From Pristiophorus japonicus (Eukaryota): a stretch of DNA of 64,000 nucleotides. The notes beneath the pieces are model-generated. The model worked only from the letters and a program-made list of their open reading frames with translations, made no database searches and had not been told where the DNA came from. The position numbers and the translations under genes are program-made. Numbering within the stretch: the stretch's first letter is position 1; each line of letters starts with the position of its first letter. This document shows positions 26,896 to 39,985 of this stretch, piece after piece. Where the stretch lies: positions 29,946,001 to 30,010,000 of the forward strand of contig NC_091992.1 in NCBI RefSeq assembly GCF_044704955.1, in the 5' to 3' direction.

Positions 26896-29800
26896 ACATA
26901 AGAATTAGGAACAGGAGTAGGCCATCTAGCCCCTCGAGCCTGCTCCGCCATTCAAAAAGATCATGGCTGATCTGGCCGTGGACTCAGCTCCACTTACCCG
27001 CCCGCTCCCCATAACCCTTAATTCCCTTATTGGTTAAAAATCTATCTATCTGTGACTTGAATACATTCAATGAGCTAGCCTCAACTGTTTCCTTGGCAGA
27101 GAATTCCACAGATTCACAACCCTCTGGGAGAAGAAATTCCTTCTCAACTCGGTTTTAAATTGGCTCCCCCGTATTTTGAGGCTGTGCCCCCTAGTTCTAG
27201 TCTCCCCGACCAGTGGAAACAACCTCTCTGCCTCTATCTTGTCTATCCCTTTCATTATTTTAAATGTTTCTATAAGATCACCCCTCATCCTTCTGAACTC
27301 CAACGAGTAAAGACCCAGTCTACTCAATCTATCATCATAAGGTAACCCCCTCATCTCCGAATCAGCCTAGTGAATCATCTCTGTACCCCCTCCAAAGCTA
27401 GTATATCCTTCCTTAAGTAAGGCGATCAAAACTGCACGCAGTACTCCAGGTGCGGCCTCACTAATACCCTATACAGGTGCAGAAGGACCTCCCTGCTTTT
27501 GTACTCCATCCCTCTCGCAATGAAGGCCAACATTCCATTCGCCTTCCTGATTACCTGCTGCACCTGCAAACTAACTTTTTGGGATTCATGCACAAGGATC
27601 CGCAGGTCCCTCTGCACCGCAGCATGTTGTAATTTCTCCCCATTCAAATAGTATTCCCTTTTTTTCTTTTTTTTCCCAAGGTGGATGACCTCACACTTTC
27701 CAACATTGTATTCCATCTGCCAAACCTTAGCCCATTCGCTTAACCTATCTAAATTTCTTTGCAGCCTCTCTGTGTCCTCCACACAACCCGCTTTCCCACT
27801 AATCTTTGTGTCATCTGCAAATTTTGTTACACTACACTCTGTCCCCTCTTAGAAACATAGAAACATAGAAAATAGGTGCAGGAGCAGGCCATTCAGCCCT
27901 TCTAGCCTGCACCGCCATTCAATGAGTTCATGGCTGAACATGAAACTTCAGTACCCCATTCCTGCTTTCTCGCCATACCCCTTGATCCCCCGAGTAGTAA
28001 GGACTTCATCTAACTCCCTTTTGAATATATTTAGTGAATTGGCCTCAACTTCTTTCTGTGGTAGAGAATTCCACAGGTTCACCACACTCTGGGTGAAGAA
28101 ATTTCTCCTCATCTCGGTCCTAAATGGCTTACCCCTTATCCTTAGACTGTGACCCCTGGTTCTGGACTTCCCCAACATTGGGAACATTCTTCCTGCATCC
28201 AACCTGTCTAAACCCGTCAGAATTTTAAACGTTTCTATGAGGTCCCCTCTCACTCTTCTGAACTCCAGTGAATACAAGCCCAGTTGATCCAGTCTTTCTT
28301 GATAGGTCAGTCCCACCATCCCGGGAATCAGTCTGGTGAATCTTCGCTGCACTCCCTCAATAGCAAGAATGTCCTTCCTCAAGTTAGGAGACCAAAACTG
28401 TACACAATACTCCAGGTGTGGCCTCACCAATGCCCTGTACAACTGTAGCAACACCTCCCTGCCCCTGTACTCAAATCCCCTCGCTATGAAGGCCAACATG
28501 CCATTTGCTTTCTTAACCGCCTGCTGTACCTGCATGCCAACCTTCAGTGACTGATGTACCATGACACCCAGGTCTCGTTGCACCTCCCCTTTTCCTAATC
28601 TGTCACCATTCAGATAATAGTCTGTCTCTCTGTTTTTACCACCAAAGTGGATAACCTCACATTTATCCACATTATACTTAATCTGCCACGCATTTGCCCA
28701 CTCACCTAACCTATCCAAGTCACTCTGCAACCTCATAGCATCCTCCTCGCAGCTCACACTGCCACCCAACTTAGTGTCATCCGCAAATTTGGAGATACTG
28801 CATTTAATCCCCTCGTCTAAATCATTAATGTACAATGTAAACAGCTGGGGCCCCAGCACAGAACCCTGCGGTACCCCACTAGTCACTGCCTGTCATTCTG
28901 AAAAGTACCCATTTACTCCTACTCTTTGCTTCCTGTCTGACAACCAGTTCTCAATCCATGTCAGCACACTACCCCCAATCCCATGTGCTCTAACTTTGCA
29001 CATTAATCTCCTGTGTGGGACCTTGTCGAAAGCCTTCTGAAAGTCCAAATATACCACATCAACTGGTTCTCTTTTGTCCACTTTACTGGAAACATCCTCA
29101 AAAAATTCCAGAAGATTTGTCAAGCATGATTTCCCTTTCACAAATCCATGCTGACTTGGACCTATCATGTCACCATTTTCCAAATGCGCTGCTGTGACAT
29201 CCTTAATAATTGATTCCATCATTTTACCCACTACTGAGGTCAGGCTGACTGGTCTATAATTCCCTGCTTTCTCTCTCCCTCCTTTTTTAAAAAGTGGGGT
29301 TACATTGGCTACCCTCCACTCCATAGGAACTGATCCAGAGTCAATGGAATGTTGGAAAATGACTGTCAATGCATCCGCTATTTCCAAGGCCACCTCCTTA
29401 AGTACTCTGCGATGCAGTCCATCAGGCCCTGGGGATTTATCGGCCTTCAATCCCATCAATTTCCCCAACTAATAAAGATATCCCTCAGTTCCTCCTCCTT
29501 ACTAGACCCTCTGACCCCTTTTATATCCGGAAGGTTGTTCTTCCAGGTCATCTATGTATATTGTAAACAGTTGTGGTCCCAGCACCGATCCCTGTGGCAC
29601 ACCACTAACCACCGATTTCCAACCCGAAAAGGACCCATTTATCCCGACTCTCTGCTTTCTGTTAGCCAGCCAATTCTCTATCCATGCTAATACATTTCCA
29701 TTGACCCCGCGTATCTTTATCTTCTGCAGTAACCTTTTGTGTGGCACCTTATCGAATGCCTTTTGAAAATCTAAATACACCACATCCATCGGTACACCTC

Positions 29801-30024
29801 TATCCACCATGCTCGTTATATCCTCAAAGAATTCCAGTAAACTAGTTAAACATGATTTCCCCTTCATGAATCCATGCTGCGTCTGCTTGATTACACTATT
29901 CCTATCTAGATGTCCCGCTATTTCTTCCTTAATGATCGTTTCAAGCATTTTCCCCACTACAGATGTTAAACTAACCGGCCTATAGTTACCTGCCTTTTGT
30001 CTGCCCCCTTTTTTAAACAGAAAA
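26896..30024 (-). mobile_element. CR1 LINE inserted in Gypsy 2 RT
   Basis: TSD GTGTT (26891-26895, 30025-30029) restores [13 protein letters not shown]; ORF2 RT pieces 29502..30044, 27426..27782, 27067..27354. Confidence 0.95.
27851..29538 (-). mobile_element. Young CR1 LINE nested in the previous CR1
   Basis: (AGAAACAT)n tail at 27851; TCTT duplicated at 27847-27850 and 29539-29542; near-identical to CR1 15667-17430. Confidence 0.95.
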
Positions 30025-32599
30025 GTGTTGAAAAGCGATGGCACGGTCAGAACAACCGATCAACCGAGCCTCGTTACAAGACCAGTATCCACTACTCAAG
30101 GCGACTGGCCTGTTCGTAACGTTAGCAGGGGGAAAGTTGTTCACCAAATTGGATCTAACCTCTGCTTACATGACACAGGAGCTGGCTGAATCTTCGAAAA
30201 GATTGACGTGCATCAACACGCACAAAGGATTGTTTATATGCCACAGATGCCCTTTTGAAATTCGCTCGGCTGCTGCCATTTTCCAGAGGAACATGGAGGG
30301 TCTGCTGAAATCGGTTCCGCGCACCATTGTGTTTCAAGACGACATCCTGATCACCGGTCGTGACACCATCAAACACCTGCACAACCTGGAAGAGGTTCTA
30401 AGTCGACTGGACAGAGTGGGACTCAGGCTGAAACGCTCCAAGTGTGTTTTCCTGGCGCCAGAGGTCGAATTTTTGGGGAGAAAGATTGCGGCAGACGGCA
30501 TCAGACCCACAGACTCAAAGACAGAGGCCATCAAGAACGCACCCAGACCACAGAATGTGACGGAGCTGCATTCGTTCCTGGGGCTCAACTATTTTCTTAA
30601 CTTTCTACCCGGGTTGAGCACTTTGCTGGAACCATTGCACATGTTGCTATGTAAGGGTGATGACTAGGTTTGGGGTAAATCTCAAGACACAGCCTTTGAG
30701 AAGGCCAGAAACTTGCTAGGTTCTAACAAGTTACTTGTATTGTATGACCCGTGTAAACGTTGAGTACTAGCTTGTGATGCATTTTCGTACGTGGTCGGGT
30801 GTGTGTTACAGCAAACCAATGTATCAGGCAAACTGCAACCGGTTCCATATGCGTCTAGAAGTATATCTAAGGCTGAAAGAGTCTACAGTATGGTCGAGAA
30901 AGAGGCGTTAGCATGCGTATAAGGGGTTAAGAAAATGCACCAATACCTACTTGGACCCCAGTTCGAGCTTGAAACCGACCACAAACCGCTCATTTTGCTG
31001 TTTTCAGAAAGCAAAGGTATAAACACCAATGCTTCGTCCCGCATCCAAAGATGGGCACCAACATTGTCCGCTTATGACTATGTTATCCGCCACAGACCAG
31101 GCACGGAGAACTGTGCTGATGCCCTCAGTCGGCTACCATTGCTTACCACCGGGGTGGAAATGGTGCAACTCGCAGACTTGCTTCTGGTCATGGATGTTTT
31201 TGAGAGCGAGGGGTCACCCATCATGGCTCGCCAGATCAGGACCTGGACTAGCCAGGACCCTGTGCTATCACTAGTAAAAAACTGCGTCCTCAATGTGAGC
31301 TGGTCGGTTGTTCCCGGGGAAATGCAAGATGAAATTAAGCCGTTCCACCGATGTAAAGATGAAATGTCCATCCAGTCGGATTGTCTCTTAAGGGGTAACC
31401 GTGTGATTTTGCCAAAAAAAGGCAGGGAAGCATTTACATGCGACCTACACAGTACCCACCTCGGCATAGTTATGATGAAGGATGTTGCCAGGTCGCATGT
31501 TTGGTGGCCCGGCATTGACTCGGATTTGAAGTCATGCGTACATCAGTGCAACATATGCTCACTGTTGAGCAATGCACCCAAGGGAAGCTCCACTGAGTCT
31601 GTGGTCATGACTCTCCAAACCGTGGTCCAGGATCCACGTAGATTTCGCTGGCCCCCTTCTAGGAAAGCTGTTCTTAGTAGTAGTGGACACTTACTCTAAA
31701 TGGATTGAACATGTAATCATGTCATCCTGCACGTCCACTGCCAGCATTGAAAGCCTCCTGGCCAAGTTCGCCACCCATGGCTTGCCCGACGTCCTTGTCA
31801 GTGACAATGGACCGTGTTTCACCAGCTCGGAATTCAATGAGTTTATGACCCGCAATGGCATTAAGCATGTCAGGTCTGCCCCGTTTAAGCCCGCATCCAA
31901 CGGTCAAGCAGAAAGAGCAGTCCAAACTATCAAGCAGAGCTTGAAATGCGTGACAGACGGTTCCCCACAGACCCGTTTATCTCGGGTTCTGTTGAGCTAC
32001 CGGACACGACCTCACTCGCTTAGCGGGGTTCCCCCGGCGGAATTGTTAATGAAGAGAGCACTCAAAACCAGGCTCTCCCTAGTCCACCTGGATCTTAATG
32101 ATCATGTGGAAACCCGGCGTCACCGGCAAAACATGTACCATGATCGCGCGGCTGTATCGCGTGACATTGATGTAAAGGACCCTGTGTTTGTCCTTAATTA
32201 CGGTCATGGTCCCAAATGGGTTGCTGGCACTCTCTTGGTCAAGGAGGGGAATAGAATGTTTATTGTCAAACTATGTAATGGACAAACGTGCAGAAAGCAT
32301 TTGTATCAGACCAAACTGTGATTCACTGACAACGAGGAACAACTTGAAGAGGACATCACCATCATCGATCCACCAACACACACCCAACCAGCAATCGACC
32401 TCGCCGTCAATCAAGAGGATGAACCCACCATGCCCAACAGTCCGGTCAGACCAGCCGCGCTGCAGTGCAGCAATGGCCCGACCAACTCACCCATGCCAGG
32501 GTTCGAACTCAGGCAATCAACCCGGGAGCAAAGGGCCCCGGACCGCCTCAACTTGTAAATAACTTGTATCAAAGACTTTTTTGGGGGGTGGGGGAGTGA

Positions 32600-32812
32600 T
32601 GTTATGTATGTAAACATTATAACTGTGTAAGACTTGCCACCAGAGGGTGCACCTGTTGGAGACCCAAGGGTCACCTGCACACCTCGTGCAAGCGAGTATA
32701 AAAGGTTGTCTGCCATGCTGCTTTGGCACTCTGGAGTTTTATTAAAGAGACTAAGGTCACATCAGTTTAAGCTTACAGTACTCAGTCTTGTGGAGTTATT
32801 CTAAATATAACA
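32600..32812 (+). repeat. 3' LTR of Gypsy 2
   Basis: Direct repeat of the 5' LTR. Confidence 0.95.
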
Positions 32813-33541
32813 AAAATATTGTGTATGGAAAGCACAAGTGGATAATGGACTATCTTTGATATTCAAGAGAATGTTATAAGAGGCAATGTTAGCACTGTGT
32901 TTAAAAAAAACTCAGTCTAACATGATAAAATACTGACAGCACTGAAAATTACATATATAGCACAATGATTAATGATCTTGAAAGGGTAATACCATAATTT
33001 TATCATTACCATCACAAATGTCTCATTACCAGCCCCACTACTGAGCATCTCCAGCTGCATATGAACATCATTCCCAAAACTAATGATATTAGATTGCTAT
33101 GTTTAAGGTTGGCACAAAATTCTTTCTCTGCGGTATTAAAGGTAATTTTCATTTTGCCGAGGAGGGAGAAAATGTAAGCAGCCCCGCTACGTATTGTCAG
33201 TAGCAATAGGATAATCCAATATGAAGACACAGAGTGAATCTGCTGTAACATTTACAGGTGTTCCTCCTGAAAGTTGAACTGTTCAAAACACTACCATTGG
33301 ACAGAATGTGGATAGATTTTTTGGTTTATAGGCCAGAAATACAATTCCATGCACGTCTATTTTTTGTTTAATTTTCACTTGCATCACTCAGAATTCAGAA
33401 AAGAACATGAATGTATATGCAATGAGACTGCCGTCAACTTCCGATATATTTGTAGATTCCAAAGATATCGGAAGTGTGGAATGCTGCTTCTGAATAGAAA
33501 TGAACTACCATGCTGACAGTTACTGCCTACTCTATCCCATC

Positions 33542-34123
33542 GTGGAGGCCCCGACCTGCGGGAGAACACCAGCGGCAGGTCGGGGCCATAAAAGGAGATG
33601 AGAGCTTAGGCCCAGGAGCAGCGTGGAGGCATGCCACCTCAGGGAGCAGCACGAGCTGCGATGGCAGCAAAGCGTCATGTCATCAAGGTCCAAGTTGGTG
33701 ATTGGAGCGTGGGCAGGTATAGCAGGAGCGGCGAGGTCAGAGCAAAGGAGCGGCGAGAGACTGTAAAGGGATGTGATCTGGGCCCAGGAGAGGCGTGAGT
33801 TTGGGGCCAGGGGCCCAGGGGCAACACGGGCCAGCCCCCACACTGTCATATGTGTGCGCACGAGGTCCGTGCAGCAGAGCAGGTCTCCAGTCGCCTTGGG
33901 TAATCCTTGCCACTGGACAAAGACCTAGCTCTGTCAAGCCCGTGAAGTGGCTGGTGTGCAACGGCCACCACACGTTAAAAAAAATCCACGCACAGGCATC
34001 TTCCACCCTTCAACATGTAGTTCAGGACCTGGAATTTTAGGTCCTTCATTGGAACACCTGTGAACTTATCCTTTTTTGGCGTGGAAGCAAGTGATCCTCT
34101 TTTCGAGGGAACACCTATGATGA
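33542..34123 (+). mobile_element. Non-autonomous RTE-tailed retroposon (bipartite/SINE-like)
   Basis: 10-bp TSD CTATCCCATC (33532-33541, 34124-34133); 3' end GTGGAAGCAAGT..TCCTC...GAGGGA..CCTATGATGA matches the RTE LINE tail at 61025-61073; no RT coding. Confidence 0.8.
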
Positions 34124-34745
34124 CTATCCCATCTGTTTACAAGGTCCTCTCAACTCTATGGAATCATAATAATTTTGCATCAGGCAAATTTTCTGTGAAT
34201 GAAGGGCATGTAAGAGATGCAATGCAACAGGAATTTTACCAAATAAATTAAATAATAGATGGAAAATGTTTTAAAGCTTGTTATGTTGTTATCAGCAGTT
34301 GGCTCAGAATTTTGTGTACATATCATGGCCTAGACTTTCCACTTTTTTTTTGCCGAGAATTAATAATACCGCCCGCCCACTTTTTTTTGCTGTAAAGATC
34401 AGAATGGGCAAAACTGATCCCATAATATCACCGAGCGTAACTTTCGGCACCTCGCTCACATATCGCCGGAAATATTGCTCACGGAAAAAAACACTTCGAA
34501 AAAGTTGTCCTCATCTGAACTAATCCCAGCGGTATGAACGCCATGTTGTAATTTGGAGATTGGCTCATATAAAAGACTGCTTCAAGTTCTGGGGAGTTTT
34601 GATGTACTGTGCAGTTCTTTTAAGGTGATTTGAACATCTGAACAAAGATTTTATCATACTGTGGGCGATTTGAATTTATTTTAGGTGTTTTAGTAGTAAA
34701 ATTTATTGTTCGTGAACAATAAGTATAATACTGATTGTTATTGTA

Positions 34746-34915
34746 ATGGGGCCTGTAATTTCGCAGCCTGTCTTGATGACTACGCACATGTTGCAGACTA
34801 GAGATGGCAGAAGGTATATTGAAGAGCATTATGTGCCCAGTCAAAGAGATGGCAGACTGAGGAGGAGGAGAACTTACACCCCACGCACTTACAGGGAGAA
34901 GCGATCTTATCTGAG
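34746..34915 (+). pseudogene. Probable N-terminal stub of a Harbinger transposase (remainder deleted)
   Basis: ATG-initiated ...RLRRRRTYTPRTYREKRSYL resembles the basic N-terminus of HARBI1-like transposases; convergent with the Myb gene; no DDE domain left. Confidence 0.55.
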
Positions 34916-35470
34916 ACAATACACAACAAGGTTATGTGAAATAAAAAACATTTAAAGAGAACATTTGTATAAAATAATAATTATAACTATAACAAACACC
35001 CCCACCCCACAACGAATTGATAACATTTATATCATTCATAAAAGTGTTCACATTTCAAACAAAACTTCATAATCAAAGAACACAAATGCAAAAAAAAACA
35101 AGGCATCCCCCTCCCCCCAAATCTCCAACAATATAGCAACCACAACATAAAAATACTGTGACCAATACAACTCCTGCGGCCATGCACCCACACCCCCCCC
35201 CCCCACCGCTAGTCCTCCCCACCTCTACCCCTTCCCCTCCTGACTCCAAGCCGCCTTGCTGAGGAGCTCCTCAGGTGCTGCTTCATTGGGAGGAGGGGGG
35301 AATGACGGCAGATCCGCTGGTTGGACGGATACGGGAAAGGATGGTCCCGAGGAGGGAATGTCCTCTGAGCCAGAAGCAAGAACTTCCTCCTGGCTCTCAT
35401 GTGTCGTTGGCAATGGGGGTGCGGCACCTTGGGGTGCAGTGCTGCGCACTGGGACCACTGGGAGCCCTCT

Positions 35471-38400
35471 TGTTATGTATGTAATAACTCGATAGACTGA
35501 ATACTGCAGACTAACACAGGCGCAAACCTGGTTCTGCTTTATTAGGGCCCAAAGTGATCACATTACATGATGGCTTGCCTTTTATACCTGGGCCGCACAC
35601 CCGTGTGTACAGCCCAATGACCTCCGACAGTGGTGCCACCTGGTGGCTAGTAACCCCAAGCATACATACATGACAATATCCCCCTTTAAGATATTAGTAA
35701 CAGTCTTTTTACAAATTGAGACGGTCCGGGGCTTTCCGCTCCCGAGTTGATCGTCTCAGTTCAACTCCAGCCTTGGGCGAGCGTTCTGAGTCAGTTACGA
35801 CTGGGGGCTGAGTAGCCGATCTGATGGGAGTGGCAATGACCATGTCAGGGATTGAAAGTCCAGATTCATTGATGACGGTGGAGTCCTCTGATGACTGAAG
35901 GTAGGTTGGTTGGTCACTGATTGTGTCTTCCTCAGACTGTTCCGGTTCATCCGTGTGCCGCAGCTTTATCTGATCAACATGTTTCCTGCATGTTTGCCCA
36001 TTCTTGAGCTTGATGATAAACACTCTGTTACCCTCCTTGGCCATAACAGTACTGGCGATCCACTTGGGACCTTCACCATAATTTAGTACATACACAGGAT
36101 CGTTAACAGAAATGGCGCGTGACACAGCAGCGCGATCATGATACCACTGCTGACTCTGACGTCTGTTCAACGTGGTCGTTCAAGTCTGGGTGGACAAAAG
36201 AGAGCTTGGCCTTGAGACCTCCCTTCATCAATAGTTCAGCAGGGGGATCCCAGTAAGCATGTGGGGTCTTGTCCTGTAACTAAGCAATATGCATGACAAG
36301 CGAGTCTGCAGTGAAGCTTGAGTTACACGTTTCATACTGTGCTTGATGGTTTGGACAGCATGCTCTGCTTAACCATTAGGTGCGGGTTTGAATGGTGCTG
36401 ACCTCACATGTTTGATACCATTGAGTTCCATGAACTCTTGAAACTCTAGACTAGTGAAGCAAGGTCCATTGTCGCTTACAACGATGTCAGGCAGACCATG
36501 AGTGGCAAACATGACACGAAGGCTCTCAATGGTAGCTGTGGATGTACTGGATGACATGATTATACACTCTATCCACTTGGAATGTGCATTCACCACAACT
36601 AAAAACATCTTACTCAGGAAGGAATCTGCAAAGTCGAGTTGGATCCTGGATCATGGTTTAGATGGCCACGACCACAGACTCAGTGGCGATTCCGCTGGTT
36701 CTTTACTCAGCTGCAAGCAAGTGTTGCACTGATGCACACATGATTCCAGATCAGAGTCAATTCCAGGCCACCATGCATGAGACCTGGCAATGGCTTTCAT
36801 CATGACAATACCAGGATGCGTGCAATGTAGATCATGTACAAATTTCTCTCTGGCTTTCTTCGGCGTAACAACACGATTACCCCACAGTAAACAATCTGAC
36901 TGAATGAATAGTTCGTCTTTGCGACGGTTGTAAGGTTTGGTCTCATCACCCATTTGCTTGAGAATGGCAGACCAACCATCACTAAGACACAACGTTTCAC
37001 AACCGATAATATCGGGTCCTGGCTAGTCCAGGTCTTAACTTGTTGAGCCATGACAGGGGTTTCTTCACTTTCAAAAGCATCCATAACTAACAGTAGGTCT
37101 GCAGGTTGTGGCATTTCCACCTCCGGTGTGAGCAACGGCAGACAGCTCAATGCATCGGCATAATTCTCGGTGCCAGGTCTATGGCGAATGACATAATCAT
37201 AGGCAGATAATGTCAGTGCCCACATCTGGATGCGGGACGATTAATTGGTATTGATACCTTTGTTTTCCGAAAACAATGAAATGAGTGGCTTGTGAGCTGT
37301 TTCCAGTTCAAACCGAAGAACAAACAGGTACTGATGCATCTTTTTAACCCCATACACACAGTTCTTTTTCTAGCATGCTGTAGATTCTTTCCGCCTTTGA
37401 CAAACTTTTAGAAGCATACACAACAGGTTGTAGTTTACCCGACTCATTAGCTTGTTGGAGCACGCAATCAACTCCATATGACGAAGCATCACAGGCCAAT
37501 ACTAGACACTTACATGGATCATAATGTACCAGCAGTTTGTTAGAGCAAAGCAGATTAGTAGCTTTCTCAAAAGCTCTATCTTAAGACGCACCCCAAACCC
37601 AGTTGTCGCCTTTTCTTAGCAGCATGTGCAGTGGCTCTAATGAAGTGTTCAATCTAGATAGGAAATTACCGAAGTAGTTGAGTAGACCAAAAAATGAACG
37701 CAGCTTCGTCACATTCTGAGGTTTGGGTGCATTTTTGATGGACTTGGTTTTCAAGTCCGTAGGCCTGATGCTGTCAGCAGCAATTTTCCTCCCCAGGAAT
37801 TCGACTTCCGGTGCCATGAAGATGCACTTCAAACGTTTCAGTCTGAGTCCCACTTTGTCCAGACGATGTAGAACCTCTTCCAGGTTGTTCAGATGTTTGG
37901 CGGTGTCACGCCCTGTGACCAGGATGTCATCTTGGAACACGACGGTTCTAGGGACGGACTTCAGTAGATTCTCCATGTTCCTCTGAAATATGGCTGCAGC
38001 CGAGCGAATTCCGAAAGGACACCTGTTGTAGATATACAGTCTTTTATGAGTGTTGATGCACGTAAGTTTCTTCGACATCTCGACCAGCTCCTGTGCCCTG
38101 TAGGCCGACGTCGGATCCAGTTTAGTGAATGACTTCCCTTTGGCTAGCGTTGCAAACAGGTCATCAGCCTTCGGTAATGGGTATTGATCCTGTTTCAAAA
38201 TTCGGTTGATCGTAACCTTGTAGTTTCCACAAATCCTGACAGTGCCATCACTCTTCAACACAAGAACAATGGAGCTGGCCCATTCGTTAAATTCGACCGG
38301 TGATATGACCCCTTCATGCTGGAGTCTGTCCAGTTCAATTTCGACCTTCTCCCTCATCATGTACGGAACCACCCGAGCTTTATGATGGACGGCTCTTGCA

Positions 38401-39985
38401 TCCGAGTCCACGTGGATCTGCACCTCAGCTCCCATGGAATTGCCAATGCCCGGTTCAAACAGCGAGGAGAACTTGTTCAGCACTTGAGCACATGGAGTAT
38501 CATCCTCCGACGACAATGCCTTGATATTGTTCCAATTCCATTTGATTTTTTTTCTAGCCAATTCCTGCCGAACAGCATTGGACCATTGCCTGGAACAATC
38601 CATAACGGTAAATCATGAACCGCACCATCATACGACATCTTGACTACTGCACTGCCAATCACCATTATGAGTTCTTTAGTATACGTACGCAACTTGGCAT
38701 TGATTAGACTCAGCTTAGGCCTCACAACCTTAGTATCCCACAGCTCGTCGAATGTGCTCTGGTTCATTATTGATTGACTCGCACCCGTGTCCAATTCCAT
38801 CGGTACCGGCACACCGTTAAGTTTCACATTAATCATTATCGGTTGGCTCTTTGTTAGGAACGAATACAGTCCATACACTTCCTCCTCTGGTATCTCGGAA
38901 TGCATATCCAGATCCGCGCTATACTGGTCAACATCCTCCACGTGGTTTGTCGCAGCACACTTGCTCGGTTGCGGACACATGCGCTGGAGATGCCCCAGGC
39001 TCGAACAGCCTTTACAAATGTACTGTTTAAACCGACACTGATGAGGCCGATGATTGCCCCCACAACGCCAACACGGTGAAATCAGATTCATTCCCGTTGA
39101 CGGACTTTGGGCAGAAACAGGTTTCGCATACGCAGTCGAGTAGGCCCTGTCATATGCAGCTTTGCCAAACGATGATACAATCTTGTTTACAATACTTGTC
39201 GAGTTCCGATTTTTCGATGATACCTGTTTTAAGTTTTTGTCGGTCGTCATGCATGCCTGGGCAATCGTGATGGCCTTGCTCAAATCCAGCGTCTCCGCTG
39301 CCAGTAGCTTACGCAGGATCACCTCGTGGTTGATGCCGATTACAAAGAAGTCCCGCAGCATGTCTCCCAACGCGTTTCGAACTTACACAGTCCAGCTAGA
39401 AGTCATAGGTCGGCAACGAATTCCGACACATCCTGGCCCTCAGAACGAACGTGCGTGTAGAATCGATATTGTGAGATGATGATGCCTCCTTCTGGTTTGA
39501 GATGATCATGTACCAGAGCACCCAATTCCTCATAGTCCTTGTCCGTTGGACTTTTAGGCGAGAGAAGATTCTTTGAGTCATAGATTTTCGGACCGTAAAC
39601 CGTGAGGAAGACCGCCCTGCGCCTAACTGCATCAGTGGGTGCCTCCATTTTGTTGCCCATGAAGTACTGGTCCAGGTGAGCTACAAAATCTGCCCAGTAC
39701 ACTCCCTCCACAAATCTCTCCAGAATCCCAATTGTGCTCATTTTTGCATGCGAAGGTTCTTAGGTTACCTCGTCGCCAAATGTTATGTATGTAATAACTC
39801 GATAGACTGAATACTGTAGACTAACACAGGTACAAACCTGGTTCTGCTTTATTAGGGCCAAAAGTGATCACATTGCATGATGGCTTGCCTTTTATACCTG
39901 GGCCGCACACCCGTGTGTACAGCCCAATGACCTCTGACAGTGGTGCCACCTGATGGCTAGTAACCCCAAGCATACATAAATTACA
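35471..39985 (-). mobile_element. Full-length Gypsy (Mag-type) LTR retrotransposon 3
   Basis: LTRs 39781-39985 (5') and 35471-35675 (3'), 9 substitutions in 205 bp by eye; TSD CCTCT; PBS TGGCGACGAGG; PPT AAAGGGGG. Confidence 0.97.
35709..39741 (-). pseudogene. gag-pol of Gypsy 3, frameshifted
   Basis: ORFs 39403..39741, 38477..39370 (zinc knuckles, ELDTGAS), 37581..38603 (VVFQDD), integrase 36369..36608, C-terminus RRSTRERKAPDRLNL. Confidence 0.95.

Larger units (their letters stand above)
25390..32558 (+). pseudogene. gag-pol of Gypsy 2, disrupted
   Basis: ORF 25472..26779 (CWRCGGNH...C, ELDTGAS), RT IVFQDD, RNase H ETDHKPL, integrase SDNGP/SNGQAER. Confidence 0.95.
25141..32812 (+). mobile_element. 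Full-length Gypsy (Mag-type) LTR retrotransposon 2, with two nested CR1s
   Basis: LTRs 25141-25351 and 32600-32812; TSD AAAAC/AAAAT; PBS TGGCGACGAG at 25354; G-rich PPT 32583-32597. Confidence 0.96.
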
